A stretch of 64,000 nucleotides of DNA from the human T2T-CHM13v2.0 reference genome, Homo sapiens, in assembly GCF_009914755.1 (NCBI RefSeq), contig NC_060933.1. One strand, written 5' to 3'. Under the pieces are notes generated by a model. The model was not told the origin of the DNA and did not search any database. It was given only the letters and a program-made list of their open reading frames with translations. The position numbers were made by a program, and so were the translations under genes. Positions 54,190 to 64,000 of the stretch are shown here, one piece after another; the stretch's first letter is position 1, and each line of letters begins with the position of its first letter.

Positions 54190-54440
54190 GTTATGTTTTC
54201 CTGTGAAATCTAGTCCCAGAAGTGGAGTTGTTGAGTTAAAGGGATGTCAGGCTATTTGAAATTTTGATACACAGCACTAAGTTACCCTTCAGAAATAATT
54301 TACTAATTTCCTATACCAACAGTGTATGAGAATGCCTTTTTCCTCACATTTGCCAACACTAATAATTACTTTTTAAATATCAGCATGACTTTACAAAATA
54401 TATCTTATTTTATGTTAATTTGCATTTTTCTGATTACCAG
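54190..54440 (-). mobile_element. Old L1M fragment
   Basis: cccagaagtggagttgttgag...cagtgtatgagaatgcc...ttgccaacact. Confidence 0.65.
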
Positions 54441-54559
54441 GCAGGGCTAAATACCCCTGGTAAAAATATAAAACTTGTTAATCATAAGGAATATTAGTCC
54501 AATTTTCAATTAGTTTATAGCATAATGACAATTATCTCCTGTGAAATACTGCTATAGGC

Positions 54560-54904
<345 letters not shown>

Positions 54905-54916
54905 CTATAGGCTTAC

Positions 54917-55080
54917 CTATCATGCTCTTCCTTCAGCTTCTTGGGAAATTGCTGAGGATACGTTTTCCCAATCTTTCTTTGTTGGGTTAATCTGCCAGCA
55001 GCAGCAGAAGATGTACTATCACATATATTTTCTGAAAGTTGTATTTTTTCACTTTTGTTTGTATTATTTCCTTCTTTGAC
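54917..55080 (-). CDS. ANKRD20A: ANKRD20A-family exon (VKEGNNTNKSEKIQ...KLKEEHDR)
   Basis: Acceptor ttattaaag, donor GTAAGC, 164 nt. Confidence 0.9.
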
Positions 55081-56814
55081 CTTTAATAAAAGATGAATAA
55101 TAATTGTTATTATTTTATTCAATAAAAAGAACTTTTTCCCTGATTTTTTTTACTTGATTCAGGTTAACTATCACCACTTTAATGATAAAAGTATTTTGTG
55201 CTTACTTTAATTTTATCATTATACATAATTATTATAATTATAAGATACTCTTATTTTATCATCGAAATTTTTGTCAAATCTGCTCATTTCTGTTTGAGGG
55301 AATAGAAGAATTTTCTAAAATTTCAAAAAGGGCTCTTCTCCATTTTGTGCTTTTATTCCCATCCACTCTTTGCTATCTGGTATAAATTTTTATGCTATCT
55401 GGCTGGCAGAAACAGAGAAATAAAAAGACACAGGCATAACATATGTCTTCTGTCTTTACTACCTGGATTTTACATGAAATAGCCAGATTAAGAGGATGTG
55501 ACCTTGTAGGCCTTCAGGAACAGTAAAGAAGTTTTCCCTTTTCTGTACTGAGCTACTCTTTTCCCCACTGCCTTTTATCTCTCTTTTTTTTTTTGAATCC
55601 TGTGATATCAAAAAAGTAAAGGTTCTCTTTGAATTATGGGAACCAACGTTTGCCACAACAAAAGAAGCAGAGTGAAACTGCTGAGTTTCTAGTGCAGAAT
55701 TCTGGAAAATGAGATGCTTCCCAGATTTCACATTCAATTACCACAAAAGTTTATAGGTGGAAAACATATGGTACAGTTACCTACTTTAACCCCATTATCT
55801 ACTGATAATGGGAGTCAAACCAACCAAGACATATTAAATGTTTCATCCAGAGCTCTTGAGGTGGCATTCACTAGCATTTCATGGCACCATATAACATGAT
55901 ACAATTCCATATTGCTGAATTACATAAATTACCAGATAAATTTATCAAATTAGATATATTAAAAGTCTAACTTGAGCAAAGCAATTTAATGCCTCAGAGG
56001 GTGGAAAAAGGCCTCATCTGCTTTTACTTTGAAAGAAGAAAATCTCTAGATTTTTGTCTATCTTTAGAACACAATGTACAGAACTCAACTTTCTACTAGA
56101 GTCAAAGGCTAAATTTTTGGCTAAGAAACTATGCTTCTTATATGATAAAAATCATACATGCCAAAACTTACCATACTTTATTAAACAACATAACGTAAGG
56201 TCTGATTCAACAGAAATATTGCAGAGTGGTGATTTTTTAAAATATGTGTAAGTATATGTTTGTTTTCAAAAATATTGGAAATAACCATGATGTAAGTTCA
56301 AACAGTTTGAGCTAAGCAGATAAACTTGCATGCATGAAAACACATTAAACAGACTCATTTGGCTGGGAATATTCGTTGCAACTCTCAAGGCTAGACGTGT
56401 TTTTGTGGCTTGTCTCAGTCATTGCTTCCCTCCCATTGTATTCCCATTCTATCATTAAATAAATGTAAATCATCTCTAAATGAATACAAGAAAAAAGAAT
56501 CTAGAATCTAGAGCTTGTTTCTTTAGCAATTTCTTTATGTTGATCTGGTTCAGAAGGTCACATGGTATGTGGCTTAATTAGTTTCCCAGCTCATACGCCA
56601 CTTGGAAGACTGATAGTGAGACATAGGTTGATTAATGAACAAACATTATGAGAACATTCTCCAGAACCATTATTTAGATAGCAGAACTAATCTACTTTGA
56701 CACATAATTACACATTTAGATAACCCCACTGTAACTGTACACATGACATTTTCTTGAATAGAAAATTTGACTAAATCAAATAATTGATAAAGAGGAAAAA
56801 GAAGCAGCAAGTGA

Positions 56815-57876
56815 ACCTCTGTCTTTTTGAAGTTGGACTTGCTTTTCTCCAAAGCCAGGAACTCAACTTGTAACATGCCTACCTCATTCTTTTTTTTAAT
56901 TATTATTATACTTTAAGTTCTGGTACATGTGCACAACATGCAGGTTTGTTACATATCTATTCATGTGCCATGTTGGTGACCTTGAAATATCTTCCCATAA
57001 GTCTTCTAGCTATATTTTTGATGTTCTCTCACTATGTGGCAAAGAATAACTCACATTTTATAATTCAAGATTCATGCTTCTGTAGTTGTTAGCACTGGGA
57101 TTGCCATATAGTGGCTGCTGGAATAAACGCTGTATTGGTTTTCTGTTTTTATAAGTATCTGTAGCAGCAGAAATACTGTGGCTTTCTATCTGAATCATAT
57201 GCTTCATTTCTTTGGGGTGGGTAAACAACAAATCAAAAAGACTTTCTGGATCTCTAGACTGAGGCCAATGTCTAATGTCCAATTTCCAATTAGTGGTATC
57301 TGGGTTTACATTTTTTGCCATTTGCATGTCAAACTCTTAATCATCTTTCATTTCAATCATAATTACTGGGTTCCTTAATTTTTTGGTTTCAGTATCATTA
57401 CAAAAATTTTCATCATCTGTGTTAGAAACAAGCTATGTGTCTGGTTTGCTATCATTTTTATAGTCTGATTTATTTTCATTTAAATGAAGCTTAGAAGATG
57501 ACTGGTAACTGTATTTCAGGGACCTGGAGTATGAATGGAATAAAAAGACATTTGACATGGGCTTCCTCTGTTCAGGCGCTGCCTGGAATGCCACAGAGTT
57601 AGACCCTCCAGATGCATCTTCCTCCTCACAATCAGGGACCTGATTCATCAGATTAGAGGGCACTCCTTTTTTGTTCGTCCCTCTTTAGAGTTACTATGTA
57701 GGAGCTCTTCCTCAGGGCAAGCAGTAATTCTGGAGTTTTCAAAACTTTCACCAATATTCAGCTTGAACTTGTTTGTAATGAATTTTAAAGAAAGTCGTGA
57801 ATATACAGACAGATTATTCCCTTTATCACAATTCTTACCCAGTTCTGGTTCTTGAGACTTTTTTTTTTTTTTTTTT
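56815..57876 (-). pseudogene. Dead CCDC144-like large exon inside an ANKRD20A intron
   Basis: Fragments SQEPELGKNCD, ITACPEEELLHSNS, DCEEEDASG, QSSSKLHLNENKSDYKNDSKP, MQMAKNVN and KNEVGMLQVEFLALEK are collinear with the recalled CCDC144A sequence. Frameshifts and stops throughout. Confidence 0.75.
56889..56978 (-). mobile_element. Very short L1PA 3' end inserted in the dead exon
   Basis: ttattatactttaagttctggtacatgtgcacaacatgcaggtttgttacat. Confidence 0.85.
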
Positions 57877-59133
57877 GGGCAGGTGCAAAATGGAAAACAA
57901 ATTTGCTTGTTTTGTTTCTCAGATGCCTTTTCTGTCAGAGTGCATGTTTTAAAATTAGCTTTAATCAAGTATAAACAAAAATACTAGAAAATAATTAAAA
58001 TTTAACTGTGAAACTTAATCTATGTGTTGCCACTCTTAAATTATGGGATTGTAACTAAAAAGTGAAAAATAATTTGTCTTGGCTTAACATAGGACAGAAA
58101 TATGAACTGGCAAGCTGAACTCTTAGCATTTGTTTGGATTAAACTTAATGCATTGTGTGTAAAATCTACCAGAAATGAATTCAAAGCTGATAGGTAGTAT
58201 TATAAAATCTTCCTCTCTTACAAAGATTTTACCTCAGCATACCAGAAAAAGTGAGCCCCTACAGTACGTGTATATTTCTGAAGATTAACTACAGACTAGG
58301 CAAACACTGAATTATTAAGAGCCAAACTGAACACCAATAAGAAAGGGAAGCAAAATTTTAAATTCTAATTCAAATAATATACTATGATAGTGTTATGTAT
58401 CTAGATGGATTATCTGCTTATATCCACTTCTAATATATTTTAAGTTCCACTAGTGATAGTGGATGAATTTTTTAAATTTTAGTAACATTTACTATGTATT
58501 TATGTCAAAATAAAGTTATTGTTTGTACCCTGACACCAAAGATCCCATTCCACAAGGTAGGATTCTCTTAATAGGCAACTGGGTTGACTTTTATGACCCC
58601 ATTCACTCCCTGAACACAGACACAGAAGTCAAATCGTGACCACAAAACAGAATAAATCTTTAACCTCGGCACTGGTGACCAGCAATATAAAACTGCAACA
58701 TTTGAACCACTGGCAATGATGACTCCTTTAACACTAGTTTAACTCAGTGGCCATCATTGTTAAATTGTTCACAATTTCTATTCCTTAATAATATGACCCA
58801 ATATTTCATGTTACCTTCTGTATTATGAGTAAGGTTATAACAATAAAAGAGCAAGATAATTCTGAAAATGTCTTGTCTCAATTCCAAGGGTAAAGACAGC
58901 TATGAGTTACTAGAGATAGTAAGAATTACCAGAATAACTAATAGTTACTAGAGATAGTAAGAATATCTTAAGTTTCATAACTGGTTAAAATGTTTTAAAA
59001 ATTAAATATAAAATTATGAGCTATCAGATTCTAAAGGTATAGTCTAAAAGGTCATGTCATTTGGACTATGCTTTGTTACTGAAGCAAAAAAACAAAACCC
59101 AATATTAAACAAGAAACTTAAATTTTCATATAC

Positions 59134-59204
59134 CTGTGGTTGCTTCTTTTCACTTCTTTCATGCCTTTCTTGCTCTTCCTCTGAAGCCACTGGTAAGGCT
59201 TGTT
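59134..59204 (-). CDS. ANKRD20A: ANKRD20A-family exon (EQALPVASEEEQERHERSEKKQPQ); the upstream ankyrin exons lie beyond the window
   Basis: Acceptor tgtcaacag, donor GTATAT, 71 nt. Matches the recalled ANKRD20A peptide. Confidence 0.88.
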
Positions 59205-59717
59205 CTGTTGACAAATTCATTGGTTTAGTTCAAATGAACTAAGAACAGTTAGATAAAGACTATAATCTATATAAAAATAAATAGAGAATAACATTTCTTT
59301 GTATTTTATATTTTGAGAGTTTCAATGAAGCTTAATGTTTACTGAAATATTTAGTTCTTTAAGAAATACTTCTAATCATCCAAAACTTCAACAAACCACT
59401 TGGGGAGACATTAGATATCACCAGGTTCAAGCCATATGAAATCTCAGGGTCACTCACAAATTGTTCCACCCAACATAAATCAACAAAACTGTTAGAAACA
59501 AAACAAAATTTTGAAATACAGTCAAAATATACAATGTAACACTTTACTTCATTACAGTATCTTTTTAACAAGACACTAATTGAGTTGGCAGTTACTAATA
59601 ATTTGCAAAATTATTGTTGTTTATACCTTAATTAGTGTGCACCCCATTTTTACATCGCAAATGTTTTCCTCTACTATTCTGAAAAATTTATTTTCATCTT
59701 TTAAGACTCAGAAAGTA

Positions 59718-60015
59718 GGCTGGGCATAATAGCTCACATCTGTAATCCCAGCACTTTGGAAGGCCAAAATGGGGGAATTGCTCAAGGCCAGGAGTTTAAG
59801 ACCAGCCTGGGAACCATAGATAACCTTGACTCTACAAAAAAATTGGACAGGTATGGTGATATGTGCCTGTAGTCCCAGCTACTCAAGAAGCTTAGGTGAG
59901 AAGATCCCTCGAGCCCAGGAGTTTGAGGTTGCAGTGAGTCTCGATCACACCATCGCACTCCACCCTGGGTGATAGAGTAAGAACTTGTCTCCAACAACAG
60001 AAAAAGAAAAAAAAA
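59718..60015 (+). mobile_element. AluJ-like element
   Basis: Alu consensus, A tail, partial TSD aag(a/g)ctcagaa. Confidence 0.9.
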
Positions 60016-60563
60016 GGCTCAGAATGCTGTGTGAAGTCTTCCTTGATTCTAGCTGTCTTTCTCCACACACACAGGTGTCTGCTTCATTGGAGTCCCTTAG
60101 TACTTTGTCAACTTTTCCAGCGTCACTTTACCACCTGAACTGCACATCATGTCTTTACATGTTGATCCCCTTTGCTGTTAGACTGTAGAGGACAATCTTT
60201 TGAATCATCTTTGTATAAACAGTCTTAATTTTGCTAAATAATTACTTATTGAGTTCCTGCTAAGTGTTAGGCACTGGGGTATAAGGAAGGAAAATAAAAG
60301 CTGTCAGGGATGGCTTTCCTAAAGATCATGCATGAGCTGAGACTTAGAGAGTAAGGTTAGCCAGATTAAGTGAGGCAGAGGGCAGGAAAGGGTGAGCACA
60401 TGCCAGGCAGCAACAAGAGAGGGAGAGAAGCCTCCAAGAGAGTATGTATTTCTCTGCAAAAGAGGAATGGTGAGGGGGCCATTACCAGCAGCTCAGTAAT
60501 TCCAGAGAAAAAGGCAGATGGGGAAAGGGCTACAGATGGAGATTTGGGCAGAAATCAGTTTCC

Positions 60564-61000
<437 letters not shown>

Positions 61001-61289
61001 TGAACAAAGATAAAATATAAGGCAGTGTTACAAAGATGATGCAGGCCTGAGGAGATGTTTTCAGAAATATTTAGGACATAAGTATCAGTGGCCATTGTAA
61101 GCATGAATTTTTATTGAATGAATAAATGTATATATCTGGGTCCCTGGAGAAATACACTCTGCTCATTACTTTACAAATTTTATCAAATGAGAAGTAAAAT
61201 AATATACATAAACTGTTTCAGTTACTTGTATTTACTTTACACTGTTTCTGTTTCAGTTTTACTGTGCCAAGGAAATGCATTTGGGTTTT

Positions 61290-61625
<336 letters not shown>

Positions 61626-63376
61626 ACATATGGGGATTTTGTTTTAAAAGTTCTGTTTCCTGAATCTACCAAGCTCATGAGAAAATAGAAGCAAACAAGT
61701 CATTTGCATAGGTAAGAAACTTTGGATTTATACTTTGTCATCACTACTCTAGAAGATTATCATCATGTTTTGTAAAATAAAATGTTAATTCTAGACATAA
61801 GGGGAAAGAGAAATTAAAACTATAGGGGTGAAAAAATATTGCATAATTTATTACTGTTGACCTGACCATATGACTGATTAAGGGCACTGAATTTAACTTG
61901 TATGTGAAGTAGACCCCATATTAGCTGCAGTTAATCAATAGACCAAGTATTCTAGCAGAATTAAATTTGATGCTCCTGTGTTATCTTTAAATGATACAGC
62001 TCTTCTGAAAACCCATACTCATAGTGCGTGATTATCCATTAAGACAAGGTGATGGAATGTGTGAATACAGCTGAGGAGACACCACAAGGCAAACGCTCAA
62101 TGGTTCCCATTAATATTGGGGAAATCAACATTATAATACAGAAAACCATAGGCATTATTTAATATTTGGTTTTGGAAGGTATTTTTAGTGACACTGCATA
62201 CAGTTGTACCTAATAATTGCAAAATTACAGATGTAAAAATAAAACAAAGGCACATTGTGTTTGAGTAGGAAATCTGTAGACGTCTAGCTGGTTTTCTATT
62301 CCAGGCCCAAAATTCTAAATATAATCATGGTACCCGCACACAAATTTATGTTAAATACCAACTTCAATGAAATTACTCTTTCTCCTCATTCTCTTTGTTA
62401 TTTATATGTTGCTTTCCTTAAGGGAAGAATACAAATGCCTTGCTAAGAAGCATTTTGTTTGGTTGTAGGCTGCATAAAGGGAGTAAACACAAAGTACATT
62501 TGACCACAAAATGACTTTTTAAAAGCCAGAACTATGGTAGCATGAAGCCAACTGAGGTAATCTAGAATAAAATTTTCTATGTTTGTTTCCCTTCTTTGCT
62601 CTCTTTCTACTCTAATAAGTGCGATTCACAGAGATAATGAAGAGTATAATTCCCTGATAAAAACACAGCTCCAAGATTAATCCTTTCTTTAACTATGAAG
62701 TTCGTGTGTCCAAAGTCTTGTAGTTGCTGTCTGATTTTTGATCACGAATGGTGATACAGATATTTATCATCAACTCACAACTTCCCAAATCTTTGAAAAG
62801 TCTTACTATTGATGGTTCAACTAGTAGAAACATAATCTAAAATATCTGAAAATAAAGTTTTTATTAGAATGTAAATAGTAATACAAATTGTAGTAAGGTG
62901 TAAAAGTTCTTTCTTCATTGAAGCAGGACCATGATGTCCTCTACCCCACAAACACACTACTCCCTCATGGTCTAATGTATCTTAAAAGTCCTGTAATTGC
63001 TATTAACTCAGACAAGTTTACTTAACTTGTTCTAAGCTCCTGTTATTTACTACAATTTACTTTATCACTCAACAATCTCTATTATATATGTTGTTTTCCA
63101 TGAGAAATTTTTTTATTAATAATTAGGATTCTTCAGGGATAAGAAAATATTTGAATAACTAAGTTTGTGCATAAACACATTAAGGTCAAATACCCATGAC
63201 AATATTGTGTGTTTCTGTGTACTAGAGACAAAAACTTCAAAAAAATTTTTAATGAATATACATTAAAAACTGCTTTCATTAAACTGAGATGATCTTCCCT
63301 CAATGCATGAATACCTTCAGAATTCACATAGACCAAAGAATTGTATAAAATATAATAGCCTTAAAAATCTTATTTG

Positions 63377-63682
63377 TACCTGGCACAGTGGTTCCTGCCT
63401 GTAATCCCAGCATACTGGCAAGCTGAGGCAGGCAGATCACCTGAGATCAGGAGTTTGAGAGCAGCCTGGCCAACATGGTGAAACCCCATCTCTACTAAAA
63501 ATAGAGAATTTAGCAGGGTATGGTAGCACATGCAGGTAGTATCAGCTACTCGAGGGGCTGAGGCAGGAGAATTGCTTGAACCCGAGAGGCAGAGGTGGTA
63601 ATGAGTCAAGACCGAGCCACTGCACTGCAGCCTTGGTGACAGAGCAAGACTCTGTCTCAAAAACACAAACAAACAAACAAAA
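63377..63682 (+). mobile_element. AluS element
   Basis: Alu consensus with (aaac)n tail. Confidence 0.92.
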
Positions 63683-64000
63683 CACCTAATTGTTCCCACA
63701 TAAGTCTATATTCACACAAGATCTGAAGAGTACACAACACCGTGAGACAGGACAGACATAAATTTTAAAAGTTATATTCCCGGTTTCTGTAAAAATAAAA
63801 CGGTTGAATTTAAGCTTTTAAGACAAGTCAAGGAAAAGAGCAAAAAATGCAAAAGTGAAACTTGAAAGGTCATTTTCCCATCAAGGGCTCATGATCCACT
63901 GGACATTCACAAACTATATTGTTCAAAACATTAGTTCTGAATTTTGATCTGAGTATCCCTGGAGTTGCAGTTTCATTCAAAGATGTCCAAGAGGTCAAAT

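Overview
Human/primate genomic DNA (Alu-, L1- and MaLR-rich), most likely an ANKRD20A-type segmental duplication; the exact paralog cannot be fixed from sequence alone. All family assignments are by eye, from recalled consensus and protein sequences, not from searches. Three zones. (1) 1-22296: a tandem macrosatellite of about seven ~2.8-3.7 kb rearranged MaLR (MSTA LTR + internal) units on the minus strand. Each unit carries inverted patches, a fold-back and C-rich tracts, and there is a higher-order duplication. (2) 22297-26600: a decayed processed SNX18 pseudogene, a 98-bp inverted repeat with a perfect 70-bp core, a TG microsatellite and a 15-bp minisatellite. (3) 28500-59200: the 3' half of an ANKRD20A-family gene on the minus strand, in Alu/L1/LTR-filled introns. 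The four exons encoding the familiar ANKRD20A C-terminus (ending ...FQTSRKKI*) are followed by six further exons with canonical splice sites that join in one open frame (+367 aa, ANKRD18-like coiled coil), then an ANKRD18A-like terminal exon. A dead CCDC144-like large exon lies in one intron. No prokaryotic-type system, CRISPR array or RNA gene was seen. The best leads are the hidden long isoform and the self-complementary LTR array.
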